From the human T2T-CHM13v2.0 reference genome, Homo sapiens, in assembly GCF_009914755.1 (NCBI RefSeq), contig NC_060941.1: DNA of 64,000 nt; one strand, written 5' to 3'. This document shows, in pieces, positions 49,145 through 62,377 of the stretch; the stretch's first letter is position 1, and the number at the start of each line of letters is the position of its first letter. Both the position numbers and the translations under genes were made by a program. Under the pieces are notes generated by a model. That model worked only from the letters and a program-made list of their open reading frames with translations, was not told the origin of the DNA and did no database searches.

Positions 49145-50922
49145 GCTCTGCCTCTGCCTCTGCCGCTGCCGCTGCCGCTGCCGCTGCCGCTGCCTCTCTT
49201 TCCACAGTCTCCCTCTGATGCCGAGCCAAAGCTGGACCCTCTGCCTCTCTTTCCACAGTCTCCCTCTGATGCCGAGCCAAAGCTGGACTGTACTGCTGCC
49301 ATCTCAGCTCACTGCAACCTCCCTGCCAGATTCTCCTGCCTCAGCCTGCCGAGTGCCTGCGATTGCAGGCGCGCGCCGCCACGCCTGACTGGTTTTCGTA
49401 TTTTTTTGGTGGAGACGGGGTTTCGCTGTGTTGGCCGGGCTGGTCTCCAGCTCCTAACCGCGAGTGATCCGCCAGCCTCGGCCTCCCGAGGTGCCGGGAT
49501 GGCAGACGGAGTCGCGTTCACTCAGTGCTCAATGGTGCCCAGGCTGGAGTGCAGTGGCGTGATCTCGGCTCGCTACAACCTCCACCTCCCAGCTGCCTGC
49601 CTTGGCCCCCCAAAGTGCCGAGATTGCAGCCTCTGCCCGGCCGCCACCCCGTCTGGGAAGTGAGGAGCATCTCTGCCTGGCCGCCCATCGTCTGGGATGT
49701 GAGGAGCCTCTCTGCCTGGCTGCCCAGTCTGGAAAGTGAGGAGCGTCTCTGCCCGGCCGCCATCCCATCTAGGAAGTGAGGAGCGTCTCTGCCAGGCCGC
49801 CCATGGTCTGAGATGTGGGGAGCGCCTCTGCCCTGCCGCCCCATCTGGGATGTGAGGAGTGTCTCTGCCCGGCCGCCCCGTCTGAGAAGTGAGGAGACCC
49901 TCTGCCTGGCAACCGCCCCGTCTGAGAAGTGAGGAGCCCCTCCGCCCGGCAGCCACTCTGTCTGGGAAGTGAGGAGCGTCTCCGCCCGGCAGCCACCCCG
50001 TCCGGGAGGGAGGTGGGGGTCAGCCCCCTGCCCGGCCAGCCGCCCCATCGGGAAGGGAGGCGGGGGGGGTCAGCCCGCTGCCCGGCCAGCCGCCCCATCC
50101 GGGAGGGAGGTGGGGAGGTCAGCCCCCCGCCCGGCCAGCCGCCCCGTCCGGGAGGGAGGTGGGGGGGTCAGCCCCCCGCCCGGCCAGCCGCCCCGTCTGG
50201 GAGGTGAGGGGCGCCTCTGCCCGGCCGCCCCTACTGGGAAGTGAGGAGCCCCTCTGCCCGGCCAGCCGCCCTGTCCGGGAGGGAGGTGGGGGGGTCAGCC
50301 CCCCGCCCACCCAGCCGCCCCGTCCGGGAGGTGAGGGGCGCCTCTGCCCGGCCGCCCCTACTGGGAAGTGAGGAGCCCCTCTGCCCGGCCACCACCCCGT
50401 CTGGGAGGTGTACTCAACAGCTCATTGAGAACGGGTCATGATGACAATGGCAGTTTTGTGGAATAGAAAGGGGGGAAAGGTGGGGAAAAGATTGAGAAAT
50501 CGGATGGTTGCCGTGTCTGTGTAGAAAGAGGTAGACGTGGGAGACTTTTCATTTTGTTCTGTACTAAGAAAAATTCTTCTGCCTTGGGATCCTGTTGATC
50601 TGTGACCTTACCCCCAACCCTGTGCTCTCTGAAACATGTGCTGTGTCCACTCAGGGTTGAATGGATTAAGGGCGGTGCAAGATGTGCTTTGTTAAACAGA
50701 TGCTTGAAGGCAGCACGCTCCTTAAGAGTCATCACCACTCCCTAATCTCAAGCACCCAGGGACACAAACACTGCGGAAGGCTGCAGGGTCCTCTGCCTAG
50801 GAAAACCAGAGACCTTTGTTCACTTGTTTATCTGCTGACCTTCCCTCCACTATTGTCCTGTGACCCTGCCAAATCCCCCTCTGCGAGAAACACCCAAGAA
50901 TGATCAATTAAAAAAAAAAAAA
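49145..50922 (+). mobile_element. Full-length SVA (SVA_D-like)
   Basis: Hexamer head, Alu-like domain, GC-rich VNTR (~49630-50410), SINE-R, ATTAAA plus poly(A); TSD AAAT(T)TTCTTCTTTTG at 49129-49144 and 50921-50935. Confidence 0.97.
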
Positions 50923-51016
50923 ATTTCTTCTTTTGATGAACAAAGTTCTTAATTTTAATTAAGTCTAATTTATCAGTCTTTCCTCTAATGGTTAGTGCTT
51001 GTTGTATTCTGTATAA

Positions 51017-51395
<379 letters not shown>

Positions 51396-51584
51396 TTATG
51401 TACCAATAAGTTATTTATTTAAAAATAATAAATATAGTTTGAAGGGCTTAAGTAGAGGGATGAGGAAGATGTTGGGAGGGAGTACATCGGGTGGAGTAGG
51501 AGCTGCCATTTAAATTATAAATATTATCAAACTATAACTTAAAAAATTTACATGTATTACTTTGTATATTAAAAAATAATTGAA

Positions 51585-51901
51585 GGCCAGGCACAGTGGC
51601 TCATGCCTGCAATCCCAGCACTTTGGGAGCCCGAGGTGGGTGGATCCCCTCAGGTCAGGAGTTCGAGACTAGCCTGGCCAACATGGTGAAAACCCGTCTC
51701 TACTAAAAATATAAAAATTAGCCAGGCGTGGTGACGCACAACTGTAATCCCAGCTACTCGGGAGGCTGAGGCACTAGAATTGCTCAAACTCAGGAGGCAG
51801 TGGTGGCAGTGAGCCAGAATCACGCCACTGCACTGTAGCCTGGGTGACAGAACGAGACTCCATCTCAAATAATAATAATAATAATAATTATTATTATTAT
51901 T
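51585..51901 (+). mobile_element. AluSx-like with (AAT)n(TAT)n tail
   Basis: Full-length Alu. Confidence 0.94.
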
Positions 51902-52569
51902 GAAGCAAAACAATAAAGTAGAAGAGATAGATGCAAGTTATTAGTAATCTAGTTTTTACTTGGGAGGCAGGATTCACAAGTATTTATTTTGTTATTATCA
52001 TTCATAATCCAAGCATATTCTTTGTATCAAAGGTTATATTATGACCTACGATTTGGAGGTGGAAAATCTGAAGGAAAGGCCATGAAGAAGTATTGTGGTT
52101 AATAATTAAACCAGATGCTTTCTGAGAAAAGATTTAAAAGGGAGAAATAAAACCCCTGAGGAGGGTGCTCTCCTGGGATGACAGCGCGTCAGGAATGGAC
52201 CTGAGGGGCCTCTTGAGCTGGGCACAATCCACAGTGCTGCTGTCCCACTTCACAGCCCTGTGACAATTCACAAGTCAGTTATTTCTTCCTAAACTGTTAC
52301 TTTTTGAATTAAAATACACACATAAAAGAGTGATAAAAACATTTTTCAGAAAAATGGCATTTTTCCAAGTGGCTTACCTAAAAATGCCCTTAGCCTGAAT
52401 TACATATACTGTGTTATAACTCAGAATTTTCTCATTTTGACATGGTCCCTTCTTATTTTATAAAGATAATACAAGTGATCATTTTATGTCATCAAAGCTT
52501 TTGCAATTTGAAATAGTAATGATGTGAGTGATACTGTTAAACTAGATTTAAGTCTTGAGTCAGATGAAT

Positions 52570-52762
52570 GGCAAATCCAGCCCACCACATGTTTTTGTAA
52601 ATAAGTTTCGTAAGCACACAGCTCCACACATTCATTTACATATTCTCTAGAACTGTTTTTTGCTGCAACTGCAGAGCTGAGTAGTTGCAACAGAAATTTT
52701 TCAGTTAGATGACCTACCAAACTGAAATTATTTACAATTTGACCCTTTATAGAAAAAATTTA
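52570..52762. mobile_element. MER58A-like hAT-Charlie
   Basis: gtttttgtaaataag…gcagagctgagtagttgcaacaga…ccctttatagaaaaa. Confidence 0.75.
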
Positions 52763-52780
52763 CTTAGATGAAGATATATA

Positions 52781-52844
52781 TTAGGTTGGTGTAAAGTAAT
52801 TGCGTTTTTTCCCATTAACTGCAATTACTTTTGCACCAACCTAA
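52781..52844. mobile_element. MADE1 (Hsmar1 MITE), internally shortened
   Basis: TIRs TTAGGTTGGTG(T)AAAGTAATTGC … GCAATTACTTTTGCACCAACCTAA; TA on both sides. Confidence 0.9.
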
Positions 52845-52905
52845 TACACATGTTCCTTAGATGAAGATACATGCAAGTATCTCCTGTAGTTCAAATCCTA
52901 TTTGG

Positions 52906-53155
52906 GGCCTGGCAGGGTGGCTCACACCAGTAATCCCAGCACTTTGGGAGGCCAAGGCAGACAGATCCCTTGAGCCCAGGAGTTCGAGACCAGGCTGGGC
53001 ATACCAAAAAAGTTAGCTGATTGTGGTGGCACATACCTGTAGTCCCAGCTACTTGGAAGGCTGAGGCAGGAGGATAGCTTGAGCCCAGGAGGCAGAGGTT
53101 GCAGTGAGCCAAGATCGCGCTACTGCACTCCATCCTGGATGACAGAGTGTTATCC
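52906..53155 (+). mobile_element. AluJ with internal deletion
   Basis: Diverged Alu. Confidence 0.85.
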
Positions 53156-53967
53156 AAACTGAATCTTGTTTTAAATCTGGAAAGAACACCCACGTTGCAG
53201 GCAAATTGTTTTTCTGTCTCTGAGTTCTCACAGACAAGCACTAAAATCTGCTTAGCCAACAGCAAGCAACCCCTGAAATATCACCCCACCTGGGGCTCTG
53301 TTTCTTGTCTTTTTTGAGAGAGGTCTCTTGAAGGCTACATGCACAATTCAAAAAACATAAATCCTTTGACTTATTTATTGCCATCAGAGTGGTCCTTTCC
53401 CTGACTTCGTTGTGAAGATAGAGCCCCAATAGTAGATGCGCGGCACTGTGGGCTTCCACTCTATTGAGGCCTTTTCTACCTGCTCTCCCTGCTTCTGTGC
53501 CGTTTCTGACACAGTGGCTTCTGAAGTGGTACAGGCATTGTGCTACAACCTAACAGTGGAGTTTGTTTGAAAATGAAGACGAAGGGCTCTCCCGTGTTGT
53601 GGGAGACACAGTCCTCTCCTGATGGCCATGTTTCTGGTTGGTTTTCTGTCATGAGCCAGTGTGCTCTGGGGCACCCTGCTCCCACTGTTACTGGTGTGTG
53701 CACTCCCAGAGGTATGAAACTTTGAGGAATAAAAATGGCTTTCTGAACAAAAATATCAAACAGTGTAGAGACCTGTCAGATTGTTCGCACAGCAGATGGG
53801 GAGGGACGCGTTCTCCCACTTTAATGTACACAAACACCAGAGAAGTAGCCCCAACAAGTCTAAGCTGGGCCCATCAGCCTCTTCCTCGGGAATTTTGGAA
53901 ATAAAACTGAGTAAGATCACCTTAAAATACAAAGCCCAGATGCTGTTGGCAGGCATGTTTTTGCCTC

Positions 53968-54470
53968 TGTGCAGAAAATAGTTAACCCAGGAGGCCTGGG
54001 ATGGCTCTCCTTAGCAAGGCTGCTTGCAAGGCTGGCCCTTGGCTGGAGTCTGAGAACTAGGATTACAGGAGGGTTCACACCATTCCCAGAACTGATGAGA
54101 GGGGCTCACGGTGCTGAAACTGTTTGTGCAAACACGTGGTTTGTGCTGAACAGCGGCTTATCTGTGAGGAGTCTGGAATGTGGTATATGCTGGGCAGAAG
54201 GGGCCCATGTGACCAGCCCCTGATAAAAACGCTGGATGCAGAGTCCCTAATGAGCTTCTCTCAATTAATTAATTAATTCCTTGGGGGAATTAAACGTGCC
54301 TGTGACTGCTGGAGAGGACTCTTGGAAGCTCATGCCTCTGGACTTAATGCCCTGCGCCTTTTCCCTTTGCGGATATGGCTTTGTGTCCTTTCACTGTAAT
54401 AAATTTGTGCATAGCTGTGGCCATGACTTCATGCTGCGTCCTGTAGGTCCTCCCTCTGATCATTGAACAT
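53968..54470 (+). mobile_element. MER68-like LTR
   Basis: TGTGCAGAAAATAGTTAAC…GCTTGCAAGGCTGGCCCTTGGCTGG; AATAAA near 54398. Confidence 0.75.
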
Positions 54471-54479
54471 GGGCTTTTT

Positions 54480-54812
54480 CTTGAGCCTTAAAAAGGAGTA
54501 AGGCACTGACACAGGCTGCAGTATGAATGTTCGCTGAAGACGTGTTGCCAGGTGAAACAGCTGGGTGCAAAGGCTACATCTTGTTCGAGTCCATTTATAA
54601 GAAAAATCCAGAATAGGCAAATCCACAGAAACAGAAAGCAGATGAGTGGTTGCCAGGGGCTGAGGAGAGAGGGGAATAGAGAGTGGGGTGGCTGCTTAGT
54701 GGGTACAGTTTTCTATTGTGTGATGAAAATGTTCTGGACTAGTGATGGTCGCACAACATTGGGAATGTACTAAAAGCCACTGAACTATACACTTTAAACT
54801 GGTTTAAATATA
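54480..54812 (+). mobile_element. L1MB-like 3' end
   Basis: gaataggcaaatccacagaaacagaaagcagatgagtggttgccaggggctg; its last bases resume near 56881. Confidence 0.8.
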
Positions 54813-54814
54813 CA

Positions 54815-56880
54815 AATTTGGTTCCATTGGTCTTTTATACCAGTACAATGCCGTTTTGGTAACTAGTATAATTTGAAGTCCAGTAATATGATGCCTCCAG
54901 ATTTGTTCTTTTTGGTTAGGATCGCTTTGGCTATTCAGGCTCTTTTTTGGTTCCATATGAATTTTGGGATTATTTTTTCTAAATCTGTGAAAAATGATGG
55001 TATTTGGATGGGAATTTCATTCAGCAGATTGTAGATTGCTTTGGGCAGTATGATCATTTTCACAATGTTGATTCTATGAGCATGGGATGTGTTTCCATTT
55101 GTTTGTGTCATCTATAATTTCAGCAGTGTTTTGTGGTTCTTGTACAGATCTTTCACCTCCTTGGTTAAATATATTCCTAGGTTTTTGTTTTTGTTTTTGT
55201 TTTGCAGCTGCTGTAAAAGGGATTGAGTTCTTGATTGATTCTCAGCTTCGTCGTTGTTGGTGTATAGCAGTGGTACTTCTTTGTGTACATTGATTTTGTA
55301 ACCTGAGACTTGACTGTATTTGTTTATGAAATCTAAGAGTCTCATGGAAGAGTCTTTAGGATTTTCAAGGTATATGATCATATCATCTGCAAATAGAGAG
55401 AGTATGACTCCTCTTTTCCAATCCGGATACGCTTTATTTATTTCTCTTGCCTAATTGCTCTGGCTAGGAGTTCCAGAACTATGTTGAATAGGATTGGTGA
55501 AAGTGGGCATCCTTGTCTTGTTCGTGTTCTCATGGGGAATGTGTTCAACTTTTCCCCATTCAGTATTACGCTGGTTGTGGGTTTGTCGTATATCCACATA
55601 TATATTATTTTGAGGCAAGTTCTTTTATGCCTAGTTGTTAAGAGCTTTTATCACAAAGAGATGCTGAACTTTGTCGAATGTTATTTCCGCATCTATTGAG
55701 ATGATCATATGGTTTTTGTTTTTAATTCTGTTTATGCGATGTCACATTTATTGACTTGTGTATCTATCACCTTATACAAAAAATCAACTCAAGATGTATC
55801 AAAGACTTAAATATAAGACTTGAAACCATAAAAATTTTAGAAGACAATTTGGAAAACTCTTCTAGACTTCAACCTAGGCGAAGAATCCATGACTAAGACC
55901 CCAAAAGCAAATGCAACAAAAACAAAAATAAGTAAATGGGACCTAATTAAACTAAAAAGCTCTTTACAGCAAAAGAAATAATAATCAGAGTAAACAGACA
56001 ACCCACAGAATGGGAGAAAATATTTGCAAACTACAGTCCAACAAAGGACTAGTATCCAGAATCTACAAGGAACTCAAACAAATCAGCAAGTAAAAAACAA
56101 GTAATCCTATCAGAAAGTGGGCAAAGGACATGAATAGACATTTCTCAAAGGAAGATATACAAATGGCCAAGAAACATGTGAAAAAAATACTCAACATCGC
56201 TAATCATTAGGGAAATGCAAAATAAAACCACAATGAGAGACCACCTTACTCCTGCAAGAATGGCCATTATTAAAAAGTCAAGAAACAATAAATGTTGGCG
56301 TGGATGTGGGGAAAAGGGAACGCTTATACACTACTGGTGGTAATGTAAATTAATACAACCTCTTTGGAAAATAGTATGGATATTCCTTAAAGAACTAGAA
56401 ATAGATCTACCATTTAATTCAACAATCCCACTACTGGGTATCTACCCAAAGGAAAAGAAGTTATTATATGGAAAAGACACACATGCATGTTTATAGCAGC
56501 ACATTCACAGTTGCAAAGATGTGTAACCAACCTAAGTGCCCATTGACTAATGAGTGGATAAAGAAAATGTGACTATATATATATATACATATACACACAC
56601 ACACACACATACATATATACATACACACACACACACACCATGGAATACTACTTAACCATAAAAAGGAATGAAATAATGTCTTGTGCAACAACTTGGATGG
56701 AGCTGGAGGCCATTATTCTAAATGAAGTAACACAGGAGTGGAAAATCAAAAATCGTATGTTCTCACTCATGAGTGGGAGCTAAGCTGTGGGTATGCAAAG
56801 GCATACAGAGTGGTATGGTAGACTTTAGAGACTCATAAGGGAAAGGTAGGGAGGGGGATTAATTTTTTTTAATAAAGTAA
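54815..56880. mobile_element. 5'-inverted (twin-primed) L1PB-like element: minus ~54815-55765, plus ~55766-56880
   Basis: Antisense ORF2 switches to sense ORF2/3' UTR at …ttgacttgtgtatc|tatcaccttatacaaaaaatcaactc…; ends AATAAA. Confidence 0.85.
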
Positions 56881-56917
56881 AATATATGTATTTTACCCTA
56901 TTTTTTAAAAGTGTCGT

Positions 56918-57219
56918 GGCTGGGCACAGTGGCTCACTCCTGTAATCTCAGCACATTAGGAGGCCAAGGTGGGAGGATTACTTAAGGCCAGGAGTTTGAA
57001 ACCAGCCTAGGCAACATCATGAGACCCTGTGTCTACCAAAAAAAAAATAATAATAACAACCAGGTGTGGTGGCATGAACCTCTGTAGTACCAGCTACTTA
57101 AGAGGCTAAAGATGGAGAATGACTTGAGCCCAAGAGTTCAAGGCTGCAGTGAACTATGATCGTGCTACCCTAGTCCAGTCTGAGCAACAAAGAGAGACAC
57201 CATCTCTGGGGATAAAAAA
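56918..57219 (+). mobile_element. AluJ
   Basis: Diverged Alu. Confidence 0.88.
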
Positions 57220-57997
57220 TGGCCATAATGATGAATATCACTTATCGTGCCTTTTTATGCTTGTGCTAAATAGTTGTGAAATACTGCTAAATTTTTGTAA
57301 AATAAGTTCCTAGAAGTGAATTTGCTTTGCAAAAGGTTGTGTTATACTTTCCATTTTAATATATATTCTCAAATTGCTCTCCTGTAAGGCTATTTAGTTT
57401 ACACTTCTCTACACAATGTGCAAGATTATACACATTCCCAATACTGGATACATGTTTGATCTTGTTCAGCCTAAGAGGAGAAAATGGCATTCCTTTTAAT
57501 TCTTCATTGTAGATGAAAGTGAAGCACTTTTTATCAGTTTGTTAGTCATTTACATCTTTCTTCTGTGAATTACTAGTACAGTTGCTTTGCTTGCTTTTCT
57601 GTTTGCATGTTCTTCTTTTTTCCTCAAAATTTGCAACAGTTTTTTGTTTTGTGTTGTTTTTTATTTCTAAGAAAGCTCTGTGTTCCCATAATCAAGTCTG
57701 CAGAGATCCTGATAAGCAAAGCAGTCAGCCTGGCCTGAGAGCTCTGCTTCCTGCTCCCCAGAGTCAAGTGTTTTCAAGTCACCTTGCTGATTTTTTGGCA
57801 TTTACCTCTACATTGCTAAATAGCATGCTTATCACTGCTGTTTCTAGTTTTTCATTTTAGATGTTATATTTTGATCTCCTACTGTGAAAGATGAGGATTT
57901 CTTTTCTGCCCCCAGCCTCCGTGCTTCCTTTGCATTCTCTCATTGTGGTTTTGTGTACCTGGAGTTCACATTAAGATGCTGTGAGTGTCATTCATAG

Positions 57998-58511
<514 letters not shown>

Positions 58512-59254
58512 TGACCTCCTCCATCATGGCTGCCCTCTGTGCCTGGTGCACAGATTCCCTGTTAGTTCTTTGCCTCTCTCTTTTTTGATCTTCTGTGTCC
58601 TACATCCTATTCTTTTTCTTTTTCTTTTTTTTTCCTCCAGTATCTCCCTGAGAATGGGTTCATAGAAGGTAAAATTTTATGGCCTTGCATCTTTGTTTTA
58701 CCCTAATGCTTGATGGTTTCCTTGGGTATAACATTTTAGGTTAGCAACTATTTCCCTTTATAATTTTGTGGGAATTGTTCCATTGTCTTCTATTTGCCAG
58801 TGTTGCAGCAAGAAGAAAATAATTCCAGTCCTTTGTGACTTTTTTCTCTCCAAAAGCTCATAGGAGGTTCAGGCTGTTGCCAGGATTCTAAACTTTCAGT
58901 GTGGTTTGCCTTGCTGTATAGCTTAAGGTCTTTTTTTTTCTTTCTTTCTTTCTTTCTTTTTTTTTTTTTTTTTGTCATGCTAGTCACTCACTGCACCCTT
59001 TCAATACAGTAATTCGTGTCTTTATTTTCTGGAATTATTTCATTGGTAATTTCTTCTACTCTGTTTTCTTTTTCTGGAACTCCCTTTACCCTGGTCCCCT
59101 AATTATCATATTTTTTTCTCCTGTTTTCTATCTCTTTGCCTTATAATTTTGTTTTCTGGGATTAAACTTGAGGCTTCCCTAAGTTTATCTTCCAAATTCT
59201 ATTAAATGCTTCATTTCTGCTATCTTTTTTTTGTTTTTGCATCACTTCAATTTT

Positions 59255-59620
59255 CTTACTTTAATTGTGGCAAAATACGTATAACATAAAATTTACCATC
59301 TGAACCATTTTTAAGTGTACAGTTCAGTATTGTTGAGTATATTCACATTGTTGTGTAACCAATCTCCAGAACTTTTTCATTTTGCAAAACTGAAACTCTT
59401 ACCCATTAAATACTGACCTGCCATTCCCCTTGTCCCCCAGCCACCATTCTACTTTGTATCACTATGAATTTGACTACTCTAGGTACCTCATATAAGTGAA
59501 ATCATATAGTATTTGTCCTTTTTGTCTGGCTTATTTCACTTAGCATAATGACCTCAAGGTTCATCCACATTATGGCATGTCAGAATTTCATTTCTTTTTA
59601 AGGCTGAATAAAATTCCGTC
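59255..59620 (-). mobile_element. L1MA/MB 3' end within older L1 remnants
   Basis: ataacataaaatttaccatc…gaatttgactactctaggtacctcatataagtg. Confidence 0.8.
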
Positions 59621-60670
59621 AGATATGTTTGCTATCATATATTTAACTTCTAGGATTTTTTTGTTCCCTAAATTTTTTATAGCATCCTGTTCTTGTTTCC
59701 TAGATGTAATGTCATATATGAATTTCGCTGAAGATTGTAGGTTGATTCTATCACCAAATCTCCCTACCTGGGTTGTTTCCTACAGTCCCTTTGTTCCACT
59801 GGTATCTTTAGTTCTCTATCTTTATGCTTGAGGTTTGACTGCTCATGTTTAGGTGGAGGCTCTGCAAAGCTGACCGCTGCCTGGGCCTGTGTATGTGGCC
59901 TGCAACTATGGTCTTCATAGTAGAGAGCTGTTCCCGTGGCATGTCCATGACAAACTCCTGATGTCAGTGTCTTTAGGTCCTTCCTCTTGGGCTCATCCAT
60001 TCCCCAGAGAAGGGCCTTCCAGTCTCCTGCTTGAGGGCTTAGACTTGGCAGCCAGGATTATGGGATCAGTCAGAGAAGAGGCCTGGGGGTGGAGAATGAC
60101 TATCTCAGCCCTCACCTTGTAAATTCGTTTAATTCCCTTGTTTTCAATGTATCACTTGTGCCTCAACTGCTCAATATCCACCCGGTCCAGAGGCTTCATT
60201 TTATGCTCTGGTGTGCAGGGAAGAGAGAGTGTCTGGAGCTTTGGCTGCTCTGTGAACACATCTCTAACCCAGTCCTTCTGTTTTTAACCACCTTCATCCC
60301 CCGACCTGAAGCACCTCTTGCCACAAATTTCCTGAGCCTTTGGGGGATTTTGTACCATAATCAGGTCTTTGCCCTTCCCCACTGCTGGCTTGGGATTTAG
60401 TTTGCTTAGGTCTGTTTTGTTAGTTATTTCTTGTCCATCAACTTTTCAGCTGCCAAGTTTTATTTTCTTTGCTGTTTTCTTTTTCCTTGTCAGTTAATGC
60501 TTTTGGGGGAAAAAAAGAAATGCCTTTCTGTGGTTTCGTGGGGCTTCACAATGGAATGAGACTGTGAGTGCATGCATTTCATTGCTGTCTGCCTGGAAGC
60601 CTCAGAGCACTTTATTCGTTTCTCCTGAAGGATATTAACCATATCTGTCACAGAGGTCCCAGATATCCTT

Positions 60671-60707
<37 letters not shown>

Positions 60708-60738
60708 GCACACACACACATACACACACACACACACA
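60671..60738. repeat. (TG)n(TA)n(CA)n compound microsatellite
   Basis: Read directly. Confidence 0.95.
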
Positions 60739-61694
60739 TTATATAAATACACATACTCCTTTGTTCTGGATGGCCATTTATTTCAGCATCACTTATTTCA
60801 TCATCTCTCTTGAACTACCTGATAGGCCTAGGTATGAATGGGAACTGAGTGGTGTCTGGACTTGTTGTTCCCTTCTGTGGCTCTGTGGGTCTGGTCCTCT
60901 GCCACAGGTTGCTGCTGAGCAGAGAAATGAGAGCATGATCTGAATGCTGCACAACATCCTGGGTCCCAGCCAGGGCCCTGTGAGTGTCAGCCAGTGCTGT
61001 TATGTGCATTGTCGTCATGATTTTTATGCCCTGGCATTTTTCATTATTTCATTATACTTGTTGGTGTGCCAGATAAATTACTACAAATAATTTTATTTCT
61101 TCTTTCCAATATTTATATCTCTTGTACTTTTTTGGGTTTATTGCATTCATGACAGTCTGAAACAACTAATACTTATTAATGCTGGACATTCTTGTTTTAT
61201 TTTCCATTAATAGCAATATCTTACTTTAAGATTTTTGTATTGTTTTCTGATGAATAGTTTATCAATTAAGGGAAGCTTACATCTGTTTTGAATTTACTGA
61301 GTTTTTTTAAATCCCGAAATAGATAAGAATTATAGCAAATTCCTTTTTGGCAGTTAATGAGCTATTCATATGGTTTCTTTTTAAACTTATTTATGTAATT
61401 AATAACATAAATAGATTTTCTAGTAGGAAAAAATTCTTACATATCTGGGGGCAAAATTCCAATTTGGTTATGGTGTATTACTGTTGTGGGAAATCTCTAC
61501 TTGATTATGGTTAATATTTAATATGAAGCATACTATTTTTTATACTCTTATTGATGAAGAGACATTTGGCTTGTGGTTGCTTGCTTTAAGTATAAATAAA
61601 GTTTTGTGTTAATAAGGCCTGATTTTTTTAGTTATGATGTTAGTGAGCTCTAAAACCCTGTATTATCTTTTTATGTAGTCAAAAATGCAATAAG

Positions 61695-62377
<683 letters not shown>

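Noticed and set aside
49015-50903. Dense cluster of 60-192 aa ORFs and a CpG-island-like composition
   Set aside because: Fully explained by the SVA.
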